Assembly: GCA_050873865.1 (NCBI GenBank)
Contig: JBNMJQ010000005.1
Location: forward strand, 14,625 to 78,624
Length of the DNA: 64,000 nucleotides
Source: Agathobacter sp.
Lineage (GTDB): Bacteria > Bacillota > Clostridia > Lachnospirales > Lachnospiraceae
Direction of reading: 5' to 3'
Of this stretch, positions 40,622 to 51,972 are shown one piece after another. The notes under the pieces are model-generated. The model saw only the letters and a program-made list of their open reading frames with translations, searched no databases and was not told where the DNA came from. Each line of letters begins with the position of its first letter. The first letter of the stretch is position 1. Position numbers and translations under genes: made by a program.

Positions 40622-40831
40622 GAAAAAATCCTTTCTATTATATGTGCATCTGCACAATACCATTTTCATATGTATCTATTCTTAGCTATTATACGAAAGT
40701 ACAAAAGGGGAATCAATACAACACTAAAATTTTTTTCGAAACTTACACGATTACTTATTGTGATTATATACAAATTCATAGTCAAAAAAACGTACAAAGT
40801 GGCAAAAATGGGATTGGATATGTGAAAAACG

Positions 40832-40860
40832 TTGACAAAGCAGCACCCACAAACTAAAAT
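40832..40860 (+). promoter_or_regulatory. sigma-A promoter of the malQ-ABC operon
   Basis: TTGACA-N17-TAAAAT. Confidence 0.75.
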
Positions 40861-40913
40861 TATACTCAGATACGAAAAAACACGAAAATTTTTCAGGTAA
40901 GGCGGGGGAAACA

Positions 40914-42410
40914 TTGGAAACAAATGAGCTGACAAGAGGGGCCGGAATACTTCTTGCAATTTCAAGTCTGCCATCTCCGTATGGAATCGGCACGCTGGGA
41001 GATGCAGCATATCGGTTCGTCGATTTGCTGGCGGATCTAAAACAGCGATATTGGCAGGTACTTCCACTTGGACCTACGAGCTTTGGCGACAGCCCATATC
41101 AGTCACTTTCCGCATTCGCTGGGAATCCGTATCTGATAGATTTGGACTTTCTTGTAAGAGATGGTCTTTTGAAACAGGAAGAGATTCGGTGCTATAATTG
41201 GGGCACTGATGATGGAGCGGTTGATTACGCAACACTTTTTGAGAATCGGATGGCGATCCTTCAAAAAGCATTTGAACGATTTGACGTACAGGACGTTGAT
41301 TATGAACGGTTTTGTGAGATAAATCAGGATTGGCTGGATGGATATACACTGTATATGGCAATCAAAAATGCGAATGAGAACCGACCCTGGCAGGAATGGA
41401 ACGAGGAAATTAAAAAAAAGCAACCGGTTGCGCTTGCAAAATGCCGAAAAGAGTTGTATAATAACATCAGGTTTTGGGGATTTTGCCAATACGAATTCTT
41501 CAAACAGTGGGATGGACTTAGGGAATACGCCAATTCCAAGGGCGTGAAGATTATTGGAGATGTAGCATTCTTCGCAGGATTGGACAGTGCAGATACCTGG
41601 ATGAACCCGGAACTCTTTCTTTTGAAGGATAACGGACTGCCGGAATATGTGGCAGCGGCAATTCCGGATAAGTTTTCAGAAACAGGACAGATATGGGGCA
41701 ACCCTTTATATAATTGGAACAACATGGAAGCGGATGGCTTCTCGTGGTGGAAGAAACGGATACGGATGGCGGAGCGGATGTTTGACATCATCCGGATTGA
41801 TCATTTCCTTGGGATCGTTAAGAATTACTCCGTGCCATATCTGGCGGATGATACGACAAGCGGAAAGCGGTTCAAGGGACCGGGACGAAAGTTTACGGAT
41901 TGCCTGAACGATGAGCTTTCCAACACAGTAGTTATTGCGGATGACTATGGCGGCAAGGTACTTACGCCGGGAGCCAAGAAGCTGTTAAAGAAGAGCGGCT
42001 GGCTCGGGACCAAGGTCCTCATGTTTGCGTTTGACGGGGATCCGTTTAATGAACATCTTCCGCACAACTATACGGAACATCAGACAGTTGTGTATGCGGG
42101 AACGCATGACAATGAGACGATAGCGGGATATTTCCGCAACAAGAATGAGTACGAACTTGCATATTTGTATGAGTATCTGAACATACATACTGTTGCAGAC
42201 ATTCCGGATGCACTTATCCGGGCTGCATACCAGAGCACAGCGGATCTGGCAATCATACAGATGCAGGACGTTCTTAAATTAGGAAACGAAGCGCGGATGA
42301 ACGAACCGGGAACGGTCGGGGCTAATTGGCGCTGGAGACTTCACGAAGAACAGCTCGATGAAGCAAGACGGACTTGGCTGAGAAATCTCGCCGCGGTATA
42401 CCGCCGATAA
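40914..42410 (+). CDS. malQ: 4-alpha-glucanotransferase (GH77)
   Basis: WQVLPLGPT..GDSPYQS, GQIWGNP, RIDHF, GTHDN, RMNEPG..NWRWR. Confidence 0.95.
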   Translation: METNELTRGAGILLAISSLPSPYGIGTLGDAAYRFVDLLADLKQRYWQVLPLGPTSFGDSPYQSLSAFAGNPYLIDLDFLVRDGLLKQEEIRCYNWGTDDGAVDYATLFENRMAILQKAFERFDVQDVDYERFCEINQDWLDGYTLYMAIKNANENRPWQEWNEEIKKKQPVALAKCRKELYNNIRFWGFCQYEFFKQWDGLREYANSKGVKIIGDVAFFAGLDSADTWMNPELFLLKDNGLPEYVAAAIPDKFSETGQIWGNPLYNWNNMEADGFSWWKKRIRMAERMFDIIRIDHFLGIVKNYSVPYLADDTTSGKRFKGPGRKFTDCLNDELSNTVVIADDYGGKVLTPGAKKLLKKSGWLGTKVLMFAFDGDPFNEHLPHNYTEHQTVVYAGTHDNETIAGYFRNKNEYELAYLYEYLNIHTVADIPDALIRAAYQSTADLAIIQMQDVLKLGNEARMNEPGTVGANWRWRLHEEQLDEARRTWLRNLAAVYRR

Positions 42411-42483
42411 CACACATTATGGTATAGGATGCATAGTGCATTTTATATAAAATACTTTTTATTATCAAAAGGAGAGGAAAACG

Positions 42484-44104
42484 ATGAAAAAGAAAGTATT
42501 ATCAGCTTTGCTCGTTGCAACCATGACCGTATCTATGGTAGCTTGTGGTTCTGACAACGGCACAACAAACAACGACACTCCTGCAACAGACAACGGTGCA
42601 AGCACCGATGCTCCTGCAGACAACAGCACAGACGCAGAGGCTCCTGCAGCTTCTGAGGCAGATCTTTCCGGAACATATGATGTTACCGTATGGGTATCTG
42701 AGTCTGAAGGTGTTGCTCAGTTAACAGAGCAGTAGATCGATGCATTTGAGGAGGCTAACCCTGGAATCGTTATCAATGCAACCGTTGAAGGTGTTACCGA
42801 GTCTAACTCAGCATCTAACATGATCACAGACGTTGCAAGTGGTGCAGACCTTTTCTGCTTGCGCACAGGATCAGTTAATCAGACTTGTTGAAGCTGGCGC
42901 ACTTACAAAGCTTGGAACAAACGCAGCATCAATCGTTACCGAGTCTAACGATGCAACTTCTTTAAAGGCAGCAACTGTTGGTTCTGACATTTACTGCTAC
43001 CCACTTACTTCTGACAATGGTTACTTCATGTTCTACGACAAGAGCGTAGTTCAGGAGAGCAGCCTTGATGATCTTGCAGCAATCGTTGCAGATTGTGAAG
43101 CAGCCGGAAGAACAATTTGTATGGAAACAGATACCTCTGCTTGGTATGTTGCTTCTTTCTTCTTCGCAACAGGATGCCACTCTGATTGGACAATGGCTGA
43201 GGACGGAACCTTTACATCAGTTGATGATGATTTCGATTCAGCAAACGGTCTTATCGCATTAAAGGGAATGCAGCAGATGGTTAAGTCTGATATGTATGTA
43301 TCTTCTTCAGATGCAGCTCAGTTCGCAGCAGCAGTTCCAGCTGGTGTAGTTGTAACTGGTACATGGGGAGTTAACGCAGCTAAGGAAGCACTTGGTGACA
43401 ACTACGCTGTAACAGATCTTCCTTCTTTCACTGTTGATGGAACAACCTATCATTTAGGATCTTACTCAGGATGCAAGCTTATGGGTGTTAAGCCACAGGA
43501 TGACGCTGTTAAGGCAGCAGTTCTTCACAAGTTAGCTCAGTACCTTACAAGCGCAGAGTGCCAGCTTCAGAGATATGAGCTTGTTGGATGGGGCCCATCT
43601 AACCTTGAGGCTCAGCAGTCTGATGAAGTACAGGCTGACCCAGCACTTGCAGCACTTGCAGCACAGAACGAGTTCGCTACTCCACAGGGACAGATCCACG
43701 GATCTTGGTGGGATATCGCTAAGTTACTTGGTAACGTAGCAGAAGATTCTACAACTGATGAAGAGCTTCAGGCTGGTCTTGATTCTTACAAGGCTTCTAT
43801 CGATGGACTGTTCACAATGGATGAGGCTACTATGAATGCATTTACTCTGATCGGTTCCTTCGGTGGATACAACTGGGATACTGATGTAGCTATGACTGAG
43901 GATCCGGCTGGAACATGGACTGCTACAGTTGATTTCAAGGCTGGAGATGAGTTCAAGGTTCGTCAGGGACTTAGCTGGGATGTTAACTTCGGTGCTGATG
44001 GTGTTCTCGGTGGAGACAACATCGTAATCGATGCTGACGGAACATATCTTGTAACCTTAGTATACGACGGAACAAACGCTACTCTTACAGTAGAGGCACA
44101 GTAG
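42484..44104 (+). pseudogene. Maltodextrin ABC substrate-binding lipoprotein, interrupted by an in-frame TAG (42733) and a +1 frameshift (about 42861)
   Basis: Lipobox MVAC. The frame continues past the TAG as IDAFEEANPGI...GADLFC. Deleting one G at 42861 gives FAQDQLIRL and joins the 42833..44104 ORF (about 539 aa in total). Confidence 0.85.
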
Positions 44105-44140
44105 TCCGGTTCGGAACTGAAAACAAAGGTCATCAATATC

Positions 44141-44174
44141 GGGGCTATTCCGGGAAATATCCCGGGGTAGCTCC
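44141..44174 (+). other. Intercistronic stem-loop after the binding-protein gene
   Basis: GGGGCTATTCCGGGA/TCCCGGGGTAGCTCC without a T run, typical of mRNA-stabilising hairpins in ABC operons. Confidence 0.6.
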
Positions 44175-44200
44175 TGTTGAAAATTAAAAAGGGTAATACT

Positions 44201-45721
44201 ATGAAAGAACTCTCTTATCTTGATTATCAGGGCCTGAGCACAGGCCAGAGAATTGTATATAATATTAAGAAATTCTTTTGCGCATTCGGCGGATTCTTTG
44301 CCCGGATCGGAAAAGCAATCGTTTCGATTGTAAAATCAATTGTTTTTGGAATTGGAAACGGAGCCAAGAACCTTGTTTTGGATTTTGTTAAGGGCTCCTG
44401 GAGAACAAAGCTCTCTTATATCATTATGGGCTTTGGAAACCTGACCTGTGGTCAGATCGTGCGTGGACTTTGCTATCTGGCTTTTGAGGTGGTATTTGTT
44501 GGATATACCGCTACCACAGGTGTAAAGTGGTTATCGAAATTGGATAATTTAGGCGACGCTGCTGCTGTTGAAGTATACGACGCTGTTTTAGATGCATATA
44601 CAACCGTTCACTATGATGATTCATTCCAGATTCTTCTGTATGGTGGACTGTCACTGCTGTTTATCTTCCTGTTCCTGTTTGTCTGGAGAAAGAACATTAA
44701 GGGAAGCAGAGAGAACGACATATTAAAAGCGGAGGGCAGGAAGATCCCGAAGTTTAAGGATGACATGCATGAGCTGGTAGATGGTAAATTCTACAAAACG
44801 CTTCTTGCACTTCCGATCGTTGGTATCACATGCTTTACCATCCTCCCGATCGTATTCATGATCGCGGTAGCTTTTACAAGCTATGACGGAGCACATGATG
44901 GTTACAGCAATCTGTTTACCTGGGTAGGCTGGCAGAACTTTGCAGAACTGTTCAACACCGGTGAAGGTAACCTTGGATATGCATTCAAGCACATCCTCGG
45001 ATGGACACTTGTGTGGGCATTCTTTGCAACCTTCTCCAACTACTTCCTTGGAATCATTGTTGCACTTCTTATTAATAAGAAGGGTATCAAGTTCAAGAAG
45101 TTATGGCGTGGAATCTTCGTACTTACAATTGCTGTTCCACAGTTTATTTCCTTACTTTATATGTCTAAGCTTTTTGCGAAGAGCGGACTTATCAATGCGT
45201 TTTTGATGAAAGTGGGAATTTTGGCTGCCCCGTATGATTTCTGGGGCAATGCGATGTCGGCGCGGATTCTTGTTATTTTGATTAACATCTAGATCGGTAT
45301 TCCGTACCTGATGCTTATGTGTACCGGTATTCTTATGAATATTCCGGATGACCTGTACGAGTCAGCAAGAATTGATGGTGCGAATGCAGTACAGCAGTTC
45401 TTTAAGATAACACTTCCATATATGTTATTCGTAACAGGACCGTACCTGCTGACAAGCTTTATCGGCAATATCAACAACTTCAATGTTATCTATCTTCTTG
45501 CGGGAGATGCAAAAGCAAATCCGGCACTTACAACCTCCGGTGGATCGGCTTCAAATGTCGATTTGCTTATCACATGGTTGTTCAAGATCACGACGGGAAC
45601 GGAAAGCAATTACAAGCTGGCATCCGTTGTCGGAATCATGATCTTCGTGGTAGTAGCTACATTGTCGGTAATTGTTTACAACATATTGCCATCAAATAAG
45701 AATGAGGAGGATTTCCAGTAA
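44201..45721 (+). pseudogene. MalF-like ABC permease interrupted by an in-frame TAG (45290)
   Basis: ILINI*IGIPYLML: the TAG sits at the Trp of the usual NxWxGxPY motif. The EAA loop YESARIDGA lies downstream in the same frame. Confidence 0.85.
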
Positions 45722-46605
45722 TGAGTCAGAAAACTTCCGATAAAAAATACAAGAGCTTAAAAGCAAAGCAGACGACCAGCAATATCATCGTATATATCGT
45801 TCTGATCGTTATGGCTATTATCTGGCTTACCCCGTTCGTACTCATCGTTATGGAGTCCTTCCGCTGCGAGACTACGATGCAGGTAGGTTACGTTATCCCG
45901 AAGCAGTTCGGATTGGATAACTACAAATGGTTGTTTACCAATACACAGTATAACTTCAAGAGATGGTACTTAAATACCTTTATCATTGCAGTATTTACTG
46001 CAGTGATCCAGACCATCATGGTTCTTTGCATGAGTTATACGCTTTCCAGAATGAGATTTGCAGGACGTAAGTTCTTGATGAACTTCATGCTTGTACTTGG
46101 AATGTTCCCTGGATTCCTCGGAATGATCATTATGTACAAGGTATTGACAGGCTTTGGACTTACAGGAGCAGGATCTGTACCGGGCTTGATTCTCGTATAT
46201 ACCGCAAGCTCTGCAATGGGCTATTACGTATCCAAGGGATTCTTCGATACCATTCCGAAGTCTCTGGATGAGGCAGCCCGCGTTGACGGAGCTACGAGAG
46301 CACAGGTTCTCTTTAAGATTACACTTCCGATGGCGAAGCCGATTATCATTTACACCGTGCTTACCGCTTTCATGGCACCATGGGGAGACTTCATGTTTGC
46401 AAACTATATTGCACACAACACCGGAGACGGAATGAACGTTGCCGTTGGTTTACAGAACATGATTGGAACAGCATCCAGTCTTGCTGCAAACTACACACAC
46501 TTCTGTGCAGGTGGTGTACTTGTTGCAATCCCTGTAACCATTCTTTTCATGTGCTTGCAGAAGTACTATGTAGAAGGTGTAACCGGAGGAGCTGTAAAAG
46601 GCTAA
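45721..46605 (+). CDS. MalG-like ABC permease
   Basis: KGFFDTIPKSLDEAARVDGA, C-terminal GVTGGAVKG. Confidence 0.93.
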   Translation: MSQKTSDKKYKSLKAKQTTSNIIVYIVLIVMAIIWLTPFVLIVMESFRCETTMQVGYVIPKQFGLDNYKWLFTNTQYNFKRWYLNTFIIAVFTAVIQTIMVLCMSYTLSRMRFAGRKFLMNFMLVLGMFPGFLGMIIMYKVLTGFGLTGAGSVPGLILVYTASSAMGYYVSKGFFDTIPKSLDEAARVDGATRAQVLFKITLPMAKPIIIYTVLTAFMAPWGDFMFANYIAHNTGDGMNVAVGLQNMIGTASSLAANYTHFCAGGVLVAIPVTILFMCLQKYYVEGVTGGAVKG

Positions 46606-46668
46606 TCACAGAACATGGATCGGCAGTCAGAATTGGCTGCCGATTTTTGGCTTTATGGAGAAGACAAT

Positions 46669-48354
46669 ATGAAGAAGAAATTTTTAAGCAGTATTTTAAT
46701 TGTAGGACTTGTCGCGTCACTGCTAGGTGGATGTGGCAATGAGCAGAATGCGCCGGGAAATGGCACACAGCAGACCGAAAACGTGCAGACAACCGAAAGC
46801 TCACAGGTGGCAGAGGGCACAGAACAGGCGGCCGCAGCGGATGGTTATCAGTATGAGCAGGAATTAAACATTATCGATGACAACTATCGCAACTACTATG
46901 AGATTTTTGTATATTCTTTCTGCGACAGCGACGGAGATGGAATCGGCGATTTTAACGGAGTGACGGAAAAGCTTGACTATATCAAGGATATGGGTTTTAA
47001 TGGAATATGGCTCATGCCGATTATGCCGTCTACTACCTATCATAAATATGACGTTGTAGACTATTGCGATACCGACCCGCAATATGGGACGGTCGATGAT
47101 TTTAAAAATTTGATAAATGAAGCCCACAACAGAGGAATTCGTGTTATAATAGACTTTGTAATGAACCATTCATCTTCACAGAACCCATGGTTTCTGGAGG
47201 CGTGCTCTTATTTAAAGACACTTGGGGAGGATGAGGAACCGGACGCATCGGTATGTCCGTATGTTGATTATTATCATTTCTCAAAAGTGGGAATGGACGG
47301 CTACCGGCAGGTATCGGGCACAGACTGGTACTATGAGGGACAGTTTGATTACATTATGCCGGATCTGAATCTGGAGAGTGAGGCACTTCGCGCTGAGTTT
47401 GAGAAGATAGCTGATTTCTGGATTGATCTTGGCGTTGACGGATTCCGTATGGATGCAGCCCTCCACTATGAGGAGGATGATACGGACTTCAACAATGAAG
47501 TCTTAAATTGGTTCTATAATTACTGCCTGACGAAGAACCCGGACTTTTATATGGTTTCTGAGGTATGGGCAGCACAGACGACGATTGCAGATTACTATGG
47601 CAGCCTGACGCCTAGTATGTTCAATTTTGCAGCATGCGGAGCAGAAGGACCGATCATTAAAGCTGCAAGGAGCGGAAAGAACGCATCCAAGTTCGTGGAT
47701 GCGATGATCAGTTATCAAAATACATATTCACAGAAGAACCCGGATTACATTGACGCACCATTTTTAAGCAATCATGATCAGGTGCGTGTGGCAAACAGCC
47801 TGCCGGGAGACAACAGTAAACTTAAGCTGGCAGCAGGTCTGCTTCTTACAATGAGTGGCAACCCATTTGTATATTATGGGGAAGAGATTGGCATGCAGAG
47901 CACCGGACAAAAGGATGAGAATAAGCGTCTTCCTATGGTATGGTCCTTGACGGATGATACCGGAATGACAGCCGGACCACAGGGGTCAGATAAGAGCTTC
48001 CAGTCCGTGAGCAAAGGCGTGGACGAGCAGGAGCAGGATGCAACTTCTCTTTTGAACTTCTACAAAAGAGGACTACGCATTCGCAATGAGAACCCGGAGA
48101 TTGCAAGAGGCACGATCGAGAAAGTCAGTTCATTATGTAATAGCAGCCAGGCTGCGATTACAAAAACATATGATGGAAGTACAATCGGAATCGTGTATAA
48201 TACATCTCTTGAAGATGCGGCAACGGTCGATCTGACAGACACGGATCTTGCAGGCATGAATATTCGGGGGTATATGTCGGTAACCGGAGCTGAGGTGACA
48301 TTGGACGGCAATACATTGGAGATGCCGGCTGGTTCCATCTGTATTTTAAAATAG
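46669..48354 (+). CDS. GH13 alpha-amylase lipoprotein
   Basis: Lipobox LLGGC, DSDGDGIGD, DFVMNH, DGFRMDA, SEVW, NHDQ, YYGEEIG. Confidence 0.93.
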   Translation: MKKKFLSSILIVGLVASLLGGCGNEQNAPGNGTQQTENVQTTESSQVAEGTEQAAAADGYQYEQELNIIDDNYRNYYEIFVYSFCDSDGDGIGDFNGVTEKLDYIKDMGFNGIWLMPIMPSTTYHKYDVVDYCDTDPQYGTVDDFKNLINEAHNRGIRVIIDFVMNHSSSQNPWFLEACSYLKTLGEDEEPDASVCPYVDYYHFSKVGMDGYRQVSGTDWYYEGQFDYIMPDLNLESEALRAEFEKIADFWIDLGVDGFRMDAALHYEEDDTDFNNEVLNWFYNYCLTKNPDFYMVSEVWAAQTTIADYYGSLTPSMFNFAACGAEGPIIKAARSGKNASKFVDAMISYQNTYSQKNPDYIDAPFLSNHDQVRVANSLPGDNSKLKLAAGLLLTMSGNPFVYYGEEIGMQSTGQKDENKRLPMVWSLTDDTGMTAGPQGSDKSFQSVSKGVDEQEQDATSLLNFYKRGLRIRNENPEIARGTIEKVSSLCNSSQAAITKTYDGSTIGIVYNTSLEDAATVDLTDTDLAGMNIRGYMSVTGAEVTLDGNTLEMPAGSICILK

Positions 48355-48372
48355 CAAGGGGGATAAGGCACA

Positions 48373-50562
48373 ATGGCGAAGAGGGGCAAAGAACTAAAAG
48401 CAGAAAAGACACAGAAGAGAGAACCATTGTTGAAAAAGGAAAAGATGCCGAAGAAGGAGAAGGCTCCAAAGAAGGAAAAGCTTTCTAAAAAGGAGAAGCC
48501 GCAGAAACAGGAAAAGACGGAGAAAAAAGAGGTTAAATTTTTCCGGAGCATCCAGTTTCGGCTGATCACCGCATTTTTAGTCCCGGTCATCGGCATTGTT
48601 GTTCTCGGAACGGTTTCTTATAAAGTTGCGTCCAATGCGATTGTGCAAAGCTACAAGGAATCTACCCAGCAGAGTACCAATATGCTTGAGCTTTATATGA
48701 ATCTTGCTGTAAACAGCGAGAAATCCGATTTCAAGTCATATCTGATAGATGATTCACTGAATGCATATTTCAGCAAAGCTGCTGACCCGAACAAGGATGT
48801 GACAACAAATGTAAGTTACACAAGAGACATCCAGAATAAGATTACACTAGATTCAAGACTTCGTTCTGTTTTCTTCTTAGCTGATGAAGGAAAGACAATA
48901 AAGAGCAACTCGACCAAGATGGATGCGGATGCGTATTCAAACTATATTGCAACAGAGCAGGGCAAGACCGTAATTGATGATGAGCATGAGTGGCATTACT
49001 TTGGCGTGAGCAGCGAAACGGACGAGGCAGTAGGCATGGATACGGGCAGCTATGCGCTCCGCCTTGTAAAGAAACTGAGCAATAACCTTAAAGCAATCAT
49101 GGTTATCAACCTGGATTCCGGATTTGTCAGGAATGCAATGAAGTCTATTGATCCGGGTGAGGGTGGATATGTGGTCATGGTTACTGCTGATGGAACAGAA
49201 TTCTATTCCAATGCGGATCTTGCCTTTGATACGCCGCTTGTATATGGGACAGACGTCTATTCCGCAGCGCTGGAATCAGTCGAGAACAGCGGAAGCGATG
49301 AGGTCACGATTAACGACACCTTATATCAGTTTGTTTACAGCAAGCTTGATTTTGGCAATATTATGGTGTGCACTTTGGTTCCGGAAGCAACCCTTCTGGC
49401 ACAGACATCATTCATTAAAAAGATTTCCATTATTCTTTCCGTTGTTGTAGCACTTATCGCAATGCTTCTCGGTACCGTGATCGCACGCAGCATGTCAGGA
49501 ACGATCCAGTATATTCTCCGGCAGCTGCGCAAGGTTTCCAAGGGAAATCTTACGGTTCACCTGACAGGAAAGCGCAAGGACGAATTTGGATTGCTATGTG
49601 ACGGTGTCAATGAGACGGTTGACCACGTTAAGGAATTGATCGTACATGTAAACGAAGTAAGCGGACAGCTCAATGAGGCCGCTTCCTATGTAAATCAGGT
49701 TTCAGGAACCTTTATGGAGACATCCAGTGATATCCAGAATGTGGTATCCGAATTGGAAGTTGGTGTGAACAAGCTTGATACGGGCTCTGAGGACTGTCTG
49801 AACCAGATGGACTCACTTTCAGGCAAGATCAGCGATGTGAGCGTCAACGCGGATGAGATCGGAAAGCTCTCTGCATCCGCAGGGGAAACGATCACACAGG
49901 GTATGTCAGCCGTTCAGGAACTGACAGAAAGTGCGAACTCCACAACTGCAATCACACAGAATGTAATTGACGCGATTGAGGAGCTTGAGGAGAAGTCAAA
50001 TACCATCAACAAGATCATCAAGGAGATCAACGACATTGCGGAACAGACCAATCTGCTATCTTTGAATGCGTCTATCGAGGCGGCAAGAGCCGGCGAGGCG
50101 GGAAGAGGATTCTCCGTTGTAGCGGAGGAAATCCGTAAGCTTTCCGATCAATGCCAGACTTCGGCAGGCAAGATCTCTACGATTGTTACAGAGATCGCAG
50201 GCAAGACAAAGGAAGTTGCAGATATTGCAAGACAGGCGAAGAACATCGTTGCATCCCAGACAGGTGCAGTTGAGGATACCTCAGATTCCTTCAAGCTGAT
50301 CAACCAGCAGGTTGCCTCCTTATTGCAGGCACTCGGAACAATCAGCAGCACTGTGGAGGAGATGAATACATCCCGCAACGAGACTCTGCAGGCAATCGAG
50401 AGCATTTCCACTGTTTCTGCGGAGACCGCGGCATGCTCATCCTCTGTACATGATACGGCAGGAACCCAGCTTGACGTAACCAAAGATCTGGAGGAGGCAG
50501 CTACAAGACTGCAGAGCCGTTCTGACCGATTGGTTGAGATTCTTGGAACATTCCAGGTATAG
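48373..50562 (+). CDS. Methyl-accepting chemotaxis protein
   Basis: Two TMs, [38 protein letters not shown]. Confidence 0.95.
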   Translation: MAKRGKELKAEKTQKREPLLKKEKMPKKEKAPKKEKLSKKEKPQKQEKTEKKEVKFFRSIQFRLITAFLVPVIGIVVLGTVSYKVASNAIVQSYKESTQQSTNMLELYMNLAVNSEKSDFKSYLIDDSLNAYFSKAADPNKDVTTNVSYTRDIQNKITLDSRLRSVFFLADEGKTIKSNSTKMDADAYSNYIATEQGKTVIDDEHEWHYFGVSSETDEAVGMDTGSYALRLVKKLSNNLKAIMVINLDSGFVRNAMKSIDPGEGGYVVMVTADGTEFYSNADLAFDTPLVYGTDVYSAALESVENSGSDEVTINDTLYQFVYSKLDFGNIMVCTLVPEATLLAQTSFIKKISIILSVVVALIAMLLGTVIARSMSGTIQYILRQLRKVSKGNLTVHLTGKRKDEFGLLCDGVNETVDHVKELIVHVNEVSGQLNEAASYVNQVSGTFMETSSDIQNVVSELEVGVNKLDTGSEDCLNQMDSLSGKISDVSVNADEIGKLSASAGETITQGMSAVQELTESANSTTAITQNVIDAIEELEEKSNTINKIIKEINDIAEQTNLLSLNASIEAARAGEAGRGFSVVAEEIRKLSDQCQTSAGKISTIVTEIAGKTKEVADIARQAKNIVASQTGAVEDTSDSFKLINQQVASLLQALGTISSTVEEMNTSRNETLQAIESISTVSAETAACSSSVHDTAGTQLDVTKDLEEAATRLQSRSDRLVEILGTFQV

Positions 50563-50595
50563 CCGGCAATTCTATATCTGACAGGAGGTATCGCA

Positions 50596-51345
50596 ATGCG
50601 CTCGATACTTGCAGTGATATTTGTATTTTTCTATCTCATTCTCGGATCAATAGTTCTGGGAGTGGAGTGGATCATTGGTAAATTCAACAAGAAACATGCG
50701 GATCTTATGACATTGCGATTTGTGCAGTGGGCATTCCGCTGCGTGATGTGGATATCCGGTACGAAGCTCGAGGTAAAAGGCTTTGAAAACGTACCGAAGG
50801 ATGAAGCAGTACTTTACATCGGCAATCACAGAGGTATCTTTGATGCAGTTACGACCTATTCCTTATGTCCGGGACTGACCGGATACATTGCAAAGGACAG
50901 CCTCAAAAAGGTCCCAATCCTTCCGATGTTTATGAAACGGATCAACTGCCTGTTTATTGACCGCTCGGATATTAAGCAGAGCCTGGGCGTGATCCTGCAG
51001 GCGATTGAGTACATCAAGTCCGGTATATCTATCTGTATTTTCCCGGAGGGAACGCGCAACAAAGACCGCGAACATCCGGAATCTTTGCTGCCGTTTAAGG
51101 ATGGCAGTTTGAAGATTGCACAGCGTACCGGCTGCAAGATCATCCCGATGGCGATCATTGGCACAGACGAGATTTTTGAGAACCACTTGCCATGGGTTCA
51201 CAAGCAGAAGGTTACCATAACGTATGGAGCACCGATTCTACTGAGTGAATTAAGCCCGGAGGATAGGAAGCATCCTGGAGCATATTGTCAGAAGGTGATC
51301 GGACAGATGCTTGCGGACGAATTGAGACAGAGCACAACAGCATAA
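50596..51345 (+). CDS. plsC: 1-acyl-sn-glycerol-3-phosphate acyltransferase
   Basis: NHRGIFD (HxxxxD), FPEGTR. Confidence 0.9.
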   Translation: MRSILAVIFVFFYLILGSIVLGVEWIIGKFNKKHADLMTLRFVQWAFRCVMWISGTKLEVKGFENVPKDEAVLYIGNHRGIFDAVTTYSLCPGLTGYIAKDSLKKVPILPMFMKRINCLFIDRSDIKQSLGVILQAIEYIKSGISICIFPEGTRNKDREHPESLLPFKDGSLKIAQRTGCKIIPMAIIGTDEIFENHLPWVHKQKVTITYGAPILLSELSPEDRKHPGAYCQKVIGQMLADELRQSTTA

Positions 51346-51450
51346 AACAAATGACCAGCCCGGAGTTACCGGGCTGTTTCAATTTATAGGAAATTCTTTT
51401 CCTTTATAGGAGAAGGCTTCGCAGAGAGACAAATGATTTGAACAGAACCA

Positions 51451-51475
51451 GACAAAAGATAGCTTTCAATCGTAT
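51451..51475 (+). promoter_or_regulatory. Putative autoregulatory ECF promoter
   Basis: GACA-N16-CGTAT, with the same geometry at 52736. Confidence 0.55.
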
Positions 51476-51495
51476 TATATGTAAAGGAGCAACAG

Positions 51496-51972
51496 ATGCA
51501 CGAAGATTTTGAAGCACTTTATCTGAGACATTTTAAGGCAATATATCGTATTTGCTATGCATATATGAAGAATCCACATGATGCGGAGGATTGTACGGAG
51601 GATACGTTTGTGCGTGCCATGACCCACGAAGTGGAATTCGAAAATGAACGGCATGAGCGCGCGTGGCTGACGACAACTGCAATGAACATATGTAAGGACA
51701 AGCTAAAACATTGGTGGAAACAAAAGGTTGTTCCGGTCGAAGAGGATATGGAGGCACCAATGCTGGAAAATGAGAGCAGGGATGTGGTGCTAGATGCAGT
51801 AATGTCTTTGCCGGTAAAGTATAAGGATGTTGTGTGGCTGTATTATTACGAGGGATATCAGACGGAGGAGATAGCAGGAATACTCCACCGGTCACATTCT
51901 ACGGTTCGCAACCAATTAAGAGATGCCCGATCGAAGTTAAAAAGCAAGCTGGGGGATGCAATATATGAGTGA
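51496..51972 (+). CDS. ECF RNA polymerase sigma factor
   Basis: DAEDCTEDTF, AWLTTTAMNICKD, LYYYEGY..EEIA..L...TVR. Confidence 0.93.
   Translation: MHEDFEALYLRHFKAIYRICYAYMKNPHDAEDCTEDTFVRAMTHEVEFENERHERAWLTTTAMNICKDKLKHWWKQKVVPVEEDMEAPMLENESRDVVLDAVMSLPVKYKDVVWLYYYEGYQTEEIAGILHRSHSTVRNQLRDARSKLKSKLGDAIYE

Noticed and set aside
42733-45292. Amber recoding or pyrrolysine readthrough of the two in-frame TAGs
   Set aside because: The two TAGs appear to replace different residues (Gln and Trp), the binding-protein gene also has a frameshift, many intact genes here end in TAG (pth, spoIIE, hpt, map), and no pyl genes or suppressor tRNA are present in the window.
37562-48354. Genomic island integrated at tRNA-Tyr
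   Set aside because: No integrase and no duplicated tRNA 3' end were seen, and the downstream genes look native.
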